A stretch of DNA of 64,000 bases, taken from the NCBI GenBank assembly GCA_964499635.1, contig CAZCLY010000013.1:62329-126328 (forward strand), written 5' to 3'. The notes under the pieces are model-generated. The model was given only the letters and a program-made list of their open reading frames with translations, was not told the DNA's origin and did not search any database. Position numbers and translations under genes: made by a program. This stretch comes from an uncultured Gemmatimonadota bacterium (lineage in GTDB: Bacteria > Gemmatimonadota > Gemmatimonadetes > Palauibacterales > Palauibacteraceae). How positions within the stretch are numbered: position 1 is the first letter of the stretch; each line of letters starts with the position of its first letter. This document shows, one piece after another, positions 1 through 9,453 of this stretch.

Positions 1-803
1 AGGTCGAGGGGAGCGGGGGGTGCCAGAAAGCGGACGAACGCGTCCACCGCCTCGACGTCGGGCGCCGTCGTCTCCGGGTCCGGGGCCGGGTCCGTCCCGG
101 GTGGTAGCGGATCACCCGCGACAGTGCCCTCGTCCGGCGCGCCGGGAGTCGTCACCCCCTGTTCGACCGGAAACGCGCCCTCGTTGAACTCCGTCAGACT
201 CGCCACCAGGGCCTTGCGGCCGAAGCGGCCGATCCGTCCGTCGAAGAATCGGTTGGGACGACCGGAGATCCCGTCGCCATCCTCGTCGTTCGGGTCGGCC
301 ATCGAGAGGATGACGGCGTCCGGAACCGCGTCGAGCAGGCCGAAGCCGAACACGTCGGGCGACGTGCGCGTCCCCCGATGGGTCGCCTCCGACGGGATCG
401 GCTCCGCATCGATGCCGAGGGCGTCCCGCAAGGCCTGCGTCACGTGCTGCTGGTACACGGGACCGCCGCGCTCGGGCAGGGGATCGCAGAATCCATCCGC
501 ACGCAACCGGGTGGCGTGCACCTCCGTGATCGGGCTGGCCCCGCCGGGCACGGGATCGCCGTGACAGGCCGCGCAGGCGGCGCCGTTGAACAGCGGCCCG
601 AGCCCCGAGGCCGCGTCGAACGTCCGCTCGAAGACCTGGCGGCCGGTCTCGAATCGACGGAGCTGGGCGTCCGTAAGCCCGTCGAGGGGATCGCCCGGTC
701 TCGGCGGTGGGCTCCCGCACGCGTAGAGGGACAGCGCCACGATCGCCGCCGCCAGCGCGACGCGCCCTCCGGCCGGCGCGGCCCCCGGTGGCGCGCCACT
801 CAC
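1..803 (-). CDS. DUF1111-like di-haem cytochrome c peroxidase-family protein (putative thiol oxidoreductase); N-terminal part only, 3' end lies beyond the window start
   Basis: This minus-strand frame is open from 803 to the window edge and is not in the ORF track. GTG at 803-801 overlaps the stop of the upstream gene (GTGA). N-terminus has a signal/lipoprotein-like region (VALAAAIVALSLYAC). Contains a CAACH haem-binding motif and a GRIGRFGRKA motif resembling the DUF1111 GRFGWK signature. Confidence 0.5.
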   Translation of the reverse strand, partial: MSGAPPGAAPAGGRVALAAAIVALSLYACGSPPPRPGDPLDGLTDAQLRRFETGRQVFERTFDAASGLGPLFNGAACAACHGDPVPGGASPITEVHATRLRADGFCDPLPERGGPVYQQHVTQALRDALGIDAEPIPSEATHRGTRTSPDVFGFGLLDAVPDAVILSMADPNDEDGDGISGRPNRFFDGRIGRFGRKALVASLTEFNEGAFPVEQGVTTPGAPDEGTVAGDPLPPGTDPAPDPETTAPDVEAVDAFVRFLAPPAPLD

Positions 804-1207
804 TGGAAGCGACTCCCGGGACGTTCCGGCGGAGGGTTGGCGTCGCCGATCTCTTCGATCCGTTCGGCGACCATGCCGGACTCCGTCCTGCGGTACTGGA
901 TCCGAACGATGTACCCCGGCACCATCGCGGTCAGCTGCACCTCCTCGCCGTGCCAGATGATGGGCACGCTCTCCGGAACTCGAAACTCCATGGCCTCGAT
1001 CACGAGCCCACGCCCGGTGAGCACTTCGAGCATCCGGCGAGCCGGCTGGACGGTCCGGATGGTGCCGGCGATCGCACCCCGGGGGGTCTCGACGTCGGCC
1101 GGTCCGGGCACGAATCGCGGCGACCGAGGGCCCCCGCAGCCATTCGGGAGAACGGCCAAAGCCATGCCGGCAGTCAGGAGAGCCGGCGCGCATGCGTTGC
1201 GGAGCAT
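800..1207 (-). CDS. small secreted/lipoprotein-like hypothetical protein (about 135 aa)
   Basis: Track ORF 800..1246. Internal ATG (MLRNACAPALLTAGMALAVLPNGC) is preceded by a G-rich RBS. Hydrophobic signal region. Its stop overlaps the start of the downstream gene. Confidence 0.4.
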   Translation of the reverse strand: MLRNACAPALLTAGMALAVLPNGCGGPRSPRFVPGPADVETPRGAIAGTIRTVQPARRMLEVLTGRGLVIEAMEFRVPESVPIIWHGEEVQLTAMVPGYIVRIQYRRTESGMVAERIEEIGDANPPPERPGSRFQ

Positions 1208-1511
1208 GTGGAACCCCCGTTCTCGCTTTCCGCGCTCCACGGGCAATCTAGCGTCAAGGAGGGGTCACACCATACCAGCCTTCCGAACGCGGGTCTCGTG
1301 GTGCGAGCGTCCTCGCTCTACTGGCAGGACAGCGATCCTACCGATGATCGTCCGTGGATCGAGCCCGATGTGGCGGTGGGGCCGACAGCCGCCGACTACC
1401 GGGCAGGCCGTGACCCCGTGCTCGACGCGGCCCTCGCGCAGCCGAGGTAGAAGCGCCCGATGACGGCCGAAGCCCACTACGGAATCGCGGCGGTTCGCCT
1501 CACGGGAGGCC

Positions 1512-2450
1512 TCACCCGTCAAGGGTGCCGAGATGCGCGAAGATGGCCCTCAAGTCGTCGTCATCCTGGAAGAACCCGCTCAGATCTTCCCACGGCATCA
1601 GCTCGCCGTCGACCGGCGGACCGCTCGGCCGCTCACCCGTTCGAATGAAATGGATGAACTGCTCCTCGGTCCAGGTGCGGCCCACGCCCGCCAGTGGCGG
1701 GGCGAGAAACGCCTCGATGCCACCGAGATCCGCACCGTGGCAGAGCGAGCAAACGACCGAGGCGAGGTACCCGCCGTGCGCCGCCGTGGGGCCCGGCGCC
1801 GGCGCCACGACGGGCTCGGTGAGCGGAGGCTGGACTTCGAAGGGTCCGCCCAGGGCCGCCATGATCGCGCCGAGCACGTTGAGCCGGTTGGTCGGCGTGT
1901 CGGGCTCCACGGGGGGCTGGGCACGCAAGTAGGCCACGATGGCCTGTACGTCGTCGTCGCTCAGATGCCGGAACACCGATGATGGCATGACCAGAAGGGA
2001 CCTGCCGCTCCGGTGCACGCCTTCCCGGATCGCCCGAATGATCTCGCCGTCCGTCCACTCACCCAGGTGCGTCGGGGTCAGGTTCGGCGCGTAGAACGTG
2101 CCAATCGGCGGGGCGTCTTCGAGGAAGTCGCTGCCTTCGATCGGCGGTGACTCGTCATCCGCGTGACACGCCGCCGCGCACAGGCGTCCGAATCGCTCGC
2201 CCTGCGCGATCCGCTCGGGCGTGACGTCGACCGAAACGCGAGGCACGGGATTGTCGTGCTTCCGGTTCAGCTTCGCGTAGCCGATGAAGACGAGGACGAG
2301 GGCCGCGGCCGATACGAGCGTCATCAGGCCCGACAGCATGGCCCCGGACCATCTCAGGACCCGCCGACGGGCACGCCACGCGCGGCGCGTGAGCCAGGCG
2401 AAGAGGACAGCCAGGCCGACGAGCAAGGAAACGCCGACAGTATCGAACAT
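1512..2450 (-). CDS. membrane-anchored di-haem c-type cytochrome
   Basis: Start chosen at MFDTVGVSLLVGLAVLFAWL, an N-terminal transmembrane anchor. Two CxxCH motifs (CAAACH, CSLCH). The longer track ORF 1512..2597 has a non-protein-like N-terminus. Confidence 0.7.
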   Translation of the reverse strand: MFDTVGVSLLVGLAVLFAWLTRRAWRARRRVLRWSGAMLSGLMTLVSAAALVLVFIGYAKLNRKHDNPVPRVSVDVTPERIAQGERFGRLCAAACHADDESPPIEGSDFLEDAPPIGTFYAPNLTPTHLGEWTDGEIIRAIREGVHRSGRSLLVMPSSVFRHLSDDDVQAIVAYLRAQPPVEPDTPTNRLNVLGAIMAALGGPFEVQPPLTEPVVAPAPGPTAAHGGYLASVVCSLCHGADLGGIEAFLAPPLAGVGRTWTEEQFIHFIRTGERPSGPPVDGELMPWEDLSGFFQDDDDLRAIFAHLGTLDG

Positions 2451-2572
2451 CCGCCGAGAATAGGTCGCGGGAGGGCCGACGCGCGAGGACACCCGCGCCG
2501 ACAGGCAGGTGAACGCGTAGATTCCTCTGCGGGCCGCACGCCCATCCGGGGCGGCGATACCGTCCCGTCGCG

Positions 2573-5035
2573 ATGCGCCGAGGCGTATACGTGGCAACCG
2601 AGCTCGACCGACTCACCGCGGGCCTCTCCGACCGCTACCGCCTGGTGCGCGAGCTCGGCCGGGGCGGCATGGCCACCGTCTACCTGGCCGAGGACCCGAA
2701 GCACGGACGGAGTGTCGCCGTCAAGGTCCTGCGACGCGAGCTGGCGGCCACGCTCGGGGCCGACCGGTTCCTGCGCGAGATCGCGATCGCCGCCAGGCTC
2801 ACCCACCCGAACATCCTGCCGCTGCACGACTCCGGAGAGGCCGCCGGGCTGCTCTACTACGTGATGCCGTTCGTCGAGGGCGAGTCGCTCCGCGACCGGC
2901 TCCAGCGCGAGAAGCAGCTTCCGGTGGACGAGGCGATCCGGATCGCGCGCGAGGTGGCGGCGGCCCTGAGCTACGCCCACGGGCAGGGAGTGATCCACCG
3001 CGACATCAAGCCTGAGAACATCCTCCTGTCGAGCGGTCAGGCGGTGGTCGCCGACTTCGGCATCGCTCGCGCCCTGTCGGTCGCCGCGGGGTCGACCCTG
3101 ACGGGGACCGGCATCGCCCTCGGGACCCTCGGCTACATGAGTCCCGAGCAGGCGAGCGGAGAGACCGACCTCGACGCCCGCGTCGATGTGTACGCCCTCG
3201 GGTGCACGCTGTACGAGATGCTGGCAGGCGAGACGCCGCATACGGGCGGCACCGTGCAGGCCCTCCTGAACCGCATGCTGACCGAGCCGGTGCGACCGCT
3301 GCACCCCATCCGGGAGACCGTCCCGCCGGCCCTGGACGACGTGCTGGGGAGGGCCCTGGCGCGCACGCCGGCCGACCGTTTCCCGACCGTGTCGCGGTTC
3401 GCCGACGCGCTCGCGCACGTATCGACGATCAGCGCGGCCGAGGGGGCGATGGGTTCGGGCCGCGCGCGCGGCGCGGAGGGTTCGGGGAGGCGGTGGCGTG
3501 TCGCGCTCTCCACCGCCGCGGTCGTCGCGGCCGTCGCGCTCGGAGGCTGGATCATCGGATCGAACGTTGGCCGGGGCGCCGGATCGCCGTCCTACCGGCG
3601 GCTCGCGGTGCTCCCGCTCGACGACGTGAATCGCGACACCGCGCAGGACTACTTCGTGGACGGGCTGACCGATGCCCTGATCGGCACGGTGGCCCAGATC
3701 GGTTCGCTCGAGGTCATCTCCCGCACCTCCGTCATGCAGTACCGGGGCACGGACAAGACGCTCCCCGAGATCGGGCGCGAGCTGAACGTGGATGCGGTGG
3801 TGGAAGGGTCCGTGTCCCGCTCGAGCGGACGCGTCCTCGTCCGCGTGCACCTGGTGGACGCCCGCACCGATGCGCAGCTCTGGAGTCGGGACTACGATCG
3901 CGAGCTCGGCGACATCCTCCTCCTCCAGAGCGAGATCGCCCGGGAGATCGCGCGCCACGTGGACGCCCGGCTCACGAAACGCGAGTCGGATCGGCTGGCC
4001 GCCGCGGAGGCGGTGAACCCGGAGGTGCACGAGGAGTATCTGCGCGGGCGTTTCCAGCTCGAGCCGCGCACTCCGGACGGCTTCCGCGAGGCCCTGGACC
4101 ATTTCCGCCAGGCGCTCCAGCTGGATCCGACCTTCGCCCCGGCCCACGCCGGCCTGGCGGACTACTACCGGCTGCTGCCGTTCTACGACAACGTCACGCC
4201 GGCCGAGGCGTTCGGCAGGGCCAGGGCGGCGGCTCTCAAGGCGCTGGAGCTCGACCCGTCGCTGGGGGTGGCGCACGCGGCGCTGGGGTATGTCGTGGCC
4301 TACGCCGACTGGGATTGGGCGCAAGCGGAAGGGGAGCTCCGCCAGGCGCTCGAGCTCAACCCCAACGATGCCGATACCCACCACGCCTACAGCCGGCTGC
4401 TGGCCGGACTCGGCCGGCTGCCGGAGGCCGAGGTGGAAGCGCGGCGTGCCGACGAGCTCGATCCGCTGTCGCTGGTCGCGCACGCGAACCTGGGGGTGAT
4501 CTCGTACTTCGGGCGGGACTACGCCCGCGCCGCATCGCAGCTGGAATCCACGCTCGAGATCGATCCCGACTTCCCGGTCGCGCACTGGGGTCTGGGACTC
4601 GTGAACGAGCAGCTCGAACAGTACGACCAGGCCGTGGCCGAGTTCGAGAAGGCCATGGCGCTCGCGGGACGCGGCGTGAACAGCCTCGCCTCGTTGGCAC
4701 ACGTCCTCGCCGTCGCGGGGCGCACGACGGAGGCGGAGGCGGTGCTCGACGAGGTGCTCGAACGCACACGCACCCGGCATGTATACTCGTATCAGGTCGC
4801 GCTCGTGTACGCGAGTCTCGGCCGCGCCGACGAGGCGTTCGACTGGCTCGAGCGCGCGTACGAGGAGCGGTCGCCGATGTTGAGCTACGCGAAGCAGGAT
4901 CCCCGCTTCGACGATCTGCGCTCGGACGCCCGGTTCGCGGACCTGCTCCGCCGGGTGAACCTGGCACCACCGGCGGTGGTGCGGCAGGACGCCGCCCCGC
5001 CCGCCGGAGCCGCGGACGGGTCATCCGTCCGCTAG
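2573..5035 (+). CDS. serine/threonine protein kinase with C-terminal TPR repeat domain
   Basis: Hanks kinase motifs: GRGGMATVYLA, VAVK, HRDIKPENILL, DFG, SPEQ. A TM-like segment follows (WRVALSTAAVVAAVALGGWII). The C-terminal half is TPR-like (repeated A..Y.RAL.L.P... units). Confidence 0.85.
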   Translation: MRRGVYVATELDRLTAGLSDRYRLVRELGRGGMATVYLAEDPKHGRSVAVKVLRRELAATLGADRFLREIAIAARLTHPNILPLHDSGEAAGLLYYVMPFVEGESLRDRLQREKQLPVDEAIRIAREVAAALSYAHGQGVIHRDIKPENILLSSGQAVVADFGIARALSVAAGSTLTGTGIALGTLGYMSPEQASGETDLDARVDVYALGCTLYEMLAGETPHTGGTVQALLNRMLTEPVRPLHPIRETVPPALDDVLGRALARTPADRFPTVSRFADALAHVSTISAAEGAMGSGRARGAEGSGRRWRVALSTAAVVAAVALGGWIIGSNVGRGAGSPSYRRLAVLPLDDVNRDTAQDYFVDGLTDALIGTVAQIGSLEVISRTSVMQYRGTDKTLPEIGRELNVDAVVEGSVSRSSGRVLVRVHLVDARTDAQLWSRDYDRELGDILLLQSEIAREIARHVDARLTKRESDRLAAAEAVNPEVHEEYLRGRFQLEPRTPDGFREALDHFRQALQLDPTFAPAHAGLADYYRLLPFYDNVTPAEAFGRARAAALKALELDPSLGVAHAALGYVVAYADWDWAQAEGELRQALELNPNDADTHHAYSRLLAGLGRLPEAEVEARRADELDPLSLVAHANLGVISYFGRDYARAASQLESTLEIDPDFPVAHWGLGLVNEQLEQYDQAVAEFEKAMALAGRGVNSLASLAHVLAVAGRTTEAEAVLDEVLERTRTRHVYSYQVALVYASLGRADEAFDWLERAYEERSPMLSYAKQDPRFDDLRSDARFADLLRRVNLAPPAVVRQDAAPPAGAADGSSVR

Positions 5036-5077
5036 CGACCCGATGAACTTGCCCACCACGTTGCGGATCGCCCCCCC
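5021..5077 (-). pseudogene. remnant of the C-terminal tail of a beta-lactamase-family paralog (about 18 codons)
   Basis: Minus-strand tail translates to GGAIRNVVGKFIGSLADG*. It matches the C-terminus GAILQLVGKFIASLPSG* of the intact gene at 9454..11094. Nucleotides match roughly 30/35 (GATGAACTT.CCCACCA..T.G.G.ATCGCCCCC). The upstream reading frame is not protein-like. Confidence 0.4.
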
Positions 5078-5133
5078 GCGGTGCGACACGCGCACATTGG
5101 CGTGCACGCTACTCAGCCCCGAAGCCCCTGCCT

Positions 5134-6321
5134 TCATCCGTGCACAGGGCCACCGACCGCCCCGGGCCCCTGGCTGTGGCGCACCCACGCCGACAGGAAC
5201 GGATCGATGAGCCGGAATCGAGGCTCCCCGTCGCGGTGCTCCCCGCGCACCACATGGAGATCCTCGAGCTGCCGGAGGGCGGTCCGGAGGCTCGAGGAGG
5301 CGATCTGGAAACGGCGCGCGACGGCCGCGGACGCCAGCCCGCGCCCGTCCGTCTCCATGATCGCCTTCACGGCCTTCTTCTGGTTCTGACTGAGCGAAGA
5401 CCACAGCTGGGCGTAGGCGGGGTCCTCTTTTCCGAGCAGGCGTACCAGCGCATGGTCCACGGACGCGGGGGTCATCGTCGGGTCGTCCGCCACGCGCAGT
5501 AGTTCCCACACTTCGTGCGCGAGACGCTCCACGTTGTACGGCACCTCGTCGGCGCGGTGGAGGATCGCGTCGATCCCGGCCTCTTCCGGGGCCATCCCGG
5601 ATGCCTCGAACGTCTCGCGAAGGTGGCGGTGGAACTCCTCCCGCGGGATCTCGCGGACGAACAGTCGAGCCCCGAGCCGCCAGAACGGTCGCTCGGGATC
5701 CTCGGTCATCTCGGCCAGGAGCCGGGTCGCGGAGCCGGCGAACACGTATGCGGTGTGCCGATGACGCTGAACGACCGAGCGGAGCTGGCGCTCGGCGGGA
5801 CGACCGTGCTCCACGACGATCGCCTGCACCTCGTCGAGCAGTACCGCGACCGGAGCCTCCGTCTTCGAGGCCAGCCGCTCGACCGCGTCCAGCGTCTCCC
5901 CGAAGAGGGGCAGGGGGTCCTCCTCCCGGAGGCCGAGCGACACCGTCACGCCGCCGGTCGTCGGGTCGAGGCCGAGCTCCGGCCGCAGCCGGCCCGCCGC
6001 CTCGTTGAGCGCGGCGAGCACGCGCTCCACCGGTCCTCGAAGCTCGCGGGCCGCGGCGGTCAGAAGCGCCTGCGCGAGAAGCGGCAGCGTCTCGTACCGC
6101 TCCGCGTCGATCCGGAGCACGCGCGCCCCCCGGCCGCGGGCCTCCTCGGCGGCGGCGGCGAGCAGCGAGGTCTTGCCGTACCGGCGGGGGCCGATCAGGA
6201 AGAGCTTGCCGCGGTTGTCGATCGTTCGGCCGATCTCCGCCAGCTCGTCCTCACGGTCGACCAGTTCGCGGGGGGAAAGCTCCCGGCCGTACGGAAACGG
6301 ATTTCGCTCCCTGGATCTCAC
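5134..6321 (-). CDS. AAA-family ATPase (archaeal-ATPase/DUF234-like, C-terminal winged helix)
   Basis: Walker A GPRRYGKTSLL and a DExx-type Walker B LLDEVQ. NPFPYGRELSPRELVDRE N-terminus typical of the Arch_ATPase family. Start proposed at GTG 6321-6319, 4 nt after GGAGG. The track ATG at 6351 lies inside the upstream palindrome. Confidence 0.7.
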   Translation of the reverse strand: MRSRERNPFPYGRELSPRELVDREDELAEIGRTIDNRGKLFLIGPRRYGKTSLLAAAAEEARGRGARVLRIDAERYETLPLLAQALLTAAARELRGPVERVLAALNEAAGRLRPELGLDPTTGGVTVSLGLREEDPLPLFGETLDAVERLASKTEAPVAVLLDEVQAIVVEHGRPAERQLRSVVQRHRHTAYVFAGSATRLLAEMTEDPERPFWRLGARLFVREIPREEFHRHLRETFEASGMAPEEAGIDAILHRADEVPYNVERLAHEVWELLRVADDPTMTPASVDHALVRLLGKEDPAYAQLWSSLSQNQKKAVKAIMETDGRGLASAAVARRFQIASSSLRTALRQLEDLHVVRGEHRDGEPRFRLIDPFLSAWVRHSQGPGAVGGPVHG

Positions 6322-6329
6322 AGGGCCTC

Positions 6330-6374
6330 CCGCGTAAATTGCGCAACGCAAATCACGACGCGCAATTTACGCGG
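6330..6374. promoter_or_regulatory. perfect 15-nt inverted repeat with 15-nt spacer (CCGCGTAAATTGCGC ... GCGCAATTTACGCGG); candidate operator in the divergent promoter region
   Basis: Read directly from the sequence. The AT-containing palindrome stands out in a GC-rich background. It sits immediately 5' of the RBS/start of the minus-strand ATPase gene, about 135 nt upstream of the plus-strand secreted-protein gene. Confidence 0.5.
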
Positions 6375-6509
6375 TGCGAGAGCTCGGGCAACCCATCCGG
6401 TTCGGCATCCGGAGGCCTTCTCAGGGCCCTGGTGAAGCCGTACCATAGCTTCTCGCCCACACCCTGCGTGATCGGTGGTTTCTCGCACCTGACCTGTGGA
6501 GGCTTCCCC

Positions 6510-6962
6510 ATGAGGCTACGCATCTTCACCCCTGTCGTCGCGACCGTCGTTCTCGGGTCGGCTCTCCACTCTCCGGCCCCCGGCCTCGCCGGCGCCGGGC
6601 AGGAGGCTCCGGTCGTGACGATCGGCCTCGATGACGAAGGAAACATCACGGTCTCCCCGGATCCGGTCGTCGTGAACCGGGGAGAGACCGTCGAGTGGGT
6701 GGCCGATCCCGAGAGCGCCGTCGAGTCGTGGACGATCCGCTTCCGGTCGCCCGTCCCCTTCGGGAACGCCGCGGCGCAGCAGGGGATCAACGGCAACAGG
6801 GGGCAGCGCCGCGGCCAGGCGCTCAACGCCGAGGCCCAGGTGGGTCGACGTTACAAGTACATGGTCAGCGTATGGGACGGCCAGCGCGTACGGATCCTCG
6901 ACCCCGAGATCGAGGTCGGACCGGGCCAGCTCGCCTCGAATCGATCACGACGGAATCGATGA
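6510..6962 (+). CDS. hypothetical secreted protein (about 150 aa)
   Basis: ATG 6510 is preceded by GGAGG. Signal-peptide-like MRLRIFTPVVATVVLGSALHSPAPGLAGA. GC3-rich frame. I recognise no family. Confidence 0.5.
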   Translation: MRLRIFTPVVATVVLGSALHSPAPGLAGAGQEAPVVTIGLDDEGNITVSPDPVVVNRGETVEWVADPESAVESWTIRFRSPVPFGNAAAQQGINGNRGQRRGQALNAEAQVGRRYKYMVSVWDGQRVRILDPEIEVGPGQLASNRSRRNR

Positions 6963-6989
6963 TCCGCCCTCGCCGGAGGCGGTAGTCCC

Positions 6990-9332
6990 TTGTCCGAGAT
7001 CCCGCGCGACGCCTCCCGGGTCGACCCCGGACGCGAGGGTGCGGGCGGCGGGGCCGGGTCCGAGGCGGGGTCGGGCGATGTGAACGACACTCCCCGGCAG
7101 ATCGGCCCCTACAGGATCCTCCGAACGCTCGGCGAGGGAGGGATGGGGGTCGTGTACGAGGCCCGACAGATCGAGCCCGTGCAGCGGCGCGTCGCCCTCA
7201 AGATCATCAAGCTCGGCATGGACACGAAGCAGGTCGTCGCCCGCTTCGAGGCCGAGCGCCAGGCCCTCGCGGTCATGGACCATCCCTTCATCGCCAAGGT
7301 CCTCGATGCGGGCGTGACCGAGACGGGCCGTCCGTACTTCGTCATGGAGCTGGTCAACGGGGTTCCCCTGACCGAGTACTGCGACGCGCAGAAGCTCGCC
7401 ACCGACCAGCGGCTCGAGCTCTTCATCCAGGTGTGCGCCGCGGTCCAGCATGCCCATCACAAAGGGGTCATCCACCGCGATCTCAAGCCGAGCAACGTCC
7501 TGGTCTCCCTGCAGGACGGGAAGCCGGTGCCGCGTGTGATCGACTTCGGGATCGCGAAGGCCGTGGGGCAGGACTTCACCGACCGGACACTGGTCACGCA
7601 GCTCGGCCAGATGGTGGGGACGCCCGAGTACATGAGTCCGGAGCAGGCCGAGATGTCGGGCATCGACGTCGACACCCGGACCGACATCTATTCGCTCGGC
7701 GTGATGCTGTACGAGCTCCTGGTGGGCGCGCTTCCCTTCGACCTGCGCGGCGTATCCGACATCGCCAGGCAGACCACGATCCGGGAGAGGAACGCCCCCA
7801 CGCCGAGTGCCCGGCTCACGACGCTCTCCGGAGAGCAGCAGGAAACCGTGGCCCGGTATCGTCATACCGATCCCGGAACGCTCAAGACGGCGCTCAAGGG
7901 GGACCTGGATTGGGTGGTGATGCGGTGTCTCGAGAAGGACCGGACGCGACGATACGAGACGGTCAATGCCCTCGCCATGGAGCTCGGGCGACACCTCGAT
8001 GACCAGCCGGTCCTCGCCCGGCCGCCGAGCACGAAGTACCGCCTGCAGAAGTTCGTGCGCCGGAACAGGACCGCCGTGATCGCCGCGTGCGTCGCGGGGC
8101 TCGCCATCTCGGGTGGAGCCGTGGCCGCCACCATCGGGATGGTGAAGGCGCGGCGCGCGGAGACGCGGGCCGAGCGGGAGTCGGCCACGGCCAAACAGGT
8201 GTCGGAGTTCCTCGAGGATCTGTTCGAGGTGAGCGATCCCAACGAGGCGCTCGGGAACACGATCACCGCCCGGGAGCTCCTGGATCGTGGAGCGGCGCGC
8301 ATCGAGGACGAGCTATCCGGCCAACCGCTGGTCCAAGCGCGGATGATGGCCTCGATGGGCGAGGTGTTCCGGAAGCTCGGGCTGTACGACAGCTCGCTCC
8401 CGCTGCTGGAGCGGGCCCTCGCCCTCCGGGAGCGGGAGCTGGGAAGCGACGACCTCGAGGTCGCCGCCAGCCTTCACCAGCTCGCGACCCTGCACCGTTA
8501 CCGGGGGGAGTACGACGCGGCGGAAGAGCTGTACAAGCGCGCGCTCGCCATCCGGGAGCGGAGGCTGGGGCCGAATGACCTCGATATGGCGACCAGCATC
8601 GGAGGTCTGGCCGGACTGTATCTGAGGCGGGAGCGATACGCCGAGGCCGAACCGCTGCTCCGGCGCGAGCTCGCAATCCGCGAAACGGCGCCCGGATCGG
8701 ATGAGCTCGACATGGCGACCACGCTCTCCGACCTAGGGGTCCTGTACTGGGGGCAAGGAGAGTACGCGGCGGCCGAGCCGTTCTTCGAGCGATCGGTCGA
8801 GATCCGGGAGTCGAAGCTCGGTCCCGACGACCCCACTGTCGCCTCGGCGTACAACAACCTCGGCGCGCTCTACTGGTCACAGGGGAAATACCAGGAGGCC
8901 GAGGGCGTCTACGAGAAGGCGAGGCGGATCTTCGAGAAGACGCTGGGGCCCGAGCATCCGCGGGTGGCGGGGATCCTCAACAACCTGGCGGAGACGGCCT
9001 GGGCGTTGAAGCGGTACGATGAGGCCGATTCGTTCTTCACGCGCTCGCTCGCGATCAAGGAACGAACCCTGGCGACGGATCACCCGAGCGTGGCGATCGG
9101 CCTGAACGGGCTGGCGAATCTGCGCCGCGATCAGGGCCGGTTCGCCGAGGCGGAATCCCTGTACCGGAGGGCGCTCGACATCCGGGAACGAGTGTTCGGA
9201 CCGGACGGCGGTCCGGTGGCGGAGACGCTCGAGGGGATGGCCGACCTTCTCCGGCGGGTGGATCGGACGGACGAGGCCGACAGGCTGGCAGCTCGGGCGC
9301 TCGACATCCGGACGTCGGCGAAGGACCGCTGA
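6990..9332 (+). CDS. serine/threonine protein kinase with C-terminal TPR (TPR_12-like) domain
   Basis: TTG start 10 nt after GGAGG. Kinase motifs: [36 protein letters not shown]-like segment [24 protein letters not shown]. The C-terminus has about 8 TPR-like repeats (LYRRAL.IRE..LGP.H). Confidence 0.85.
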   Translation: MSEIPRDASRVDPGREGAGGGAGSEAGSGDVNDTPRQIGPYRILRTLGEGGMGVVYEARQIEPVQRRVALKIIKLGMDTKQVVARFEAERQALAVMDHPFIAKVLDAGVTETGRPYFVMELVNGVPLTEYCDAQKLATDQRLELFIQVCAAVQHAHHKGVIHRDLKPSNVLVSLQDGKPVPRVIDFGIAKAVGQDFTDRTLVTQLGQMVGTPEYMSPEQAEMSGIDVDTRTDIYSLGVMLYELLVGALPFDLRGVSDIARQTTIRERNAPTPSARLTTLSGEQQETVARYRHTDPGTLKTALKGDLDWVVMRCLEKDRTRRYETVNALAMELGRHLDDQPVLARPPSTKYRLQKFVRRNRTAVIAACVAGLAISGGAVAATIGMVKARRAETRAERESATAKQVSEFLEDLFEVSDPNEALGNTITARELLDRGAARIEDELSGQPLVQARMMASMGEVFRKLGLYDSSLPLLERALALRERELGSDDLEVAASLHQLATLHRYRGEYDAAEELYKRALAIRERRLGPNDLDMATSIGGLAGLYLRRERYAEAEPLLRRELAIRETAPGSDELDMATTLSDLGVLYWGQGEYAAAEPFFERSVEIRESKLGPDDPTVASAYNNLGALYWSQGKYQEAEGVYEKARRIFEKTLGPEHPRVAGILNNLAETAWALKRYDEADSFFTRSLAIKERTLATDHPSVAIGLNGLANLRRDQGRFAEAESLYRRALDIRERVFGPDGGPVAETLEGMADLLRRVDRTDEADRLAARALDIRTSAKDR

Positions 9333-9453
9333 CCAGAGCGTGCCGCGCCCGTGCGTGGCGGTCCGGACCTGGTGGTCGACCGGTCTTCGACGGCCTTCGA
9401 CACGGGGGGTGGCGGCCCGCACACGGGCAGGGCGTGCAGCGCACGCGGACCGA

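Noticed and set aside
2354-4780. 808-aa minus-strand ORF
   Set aside because: Antisense shadow of the kinase gene 2573..5035. Translation is Arg/Gly/Pro-rich and not protein-like. Typical long spurious ORF on the opposite strand of a real gene in GC-rich DNA.
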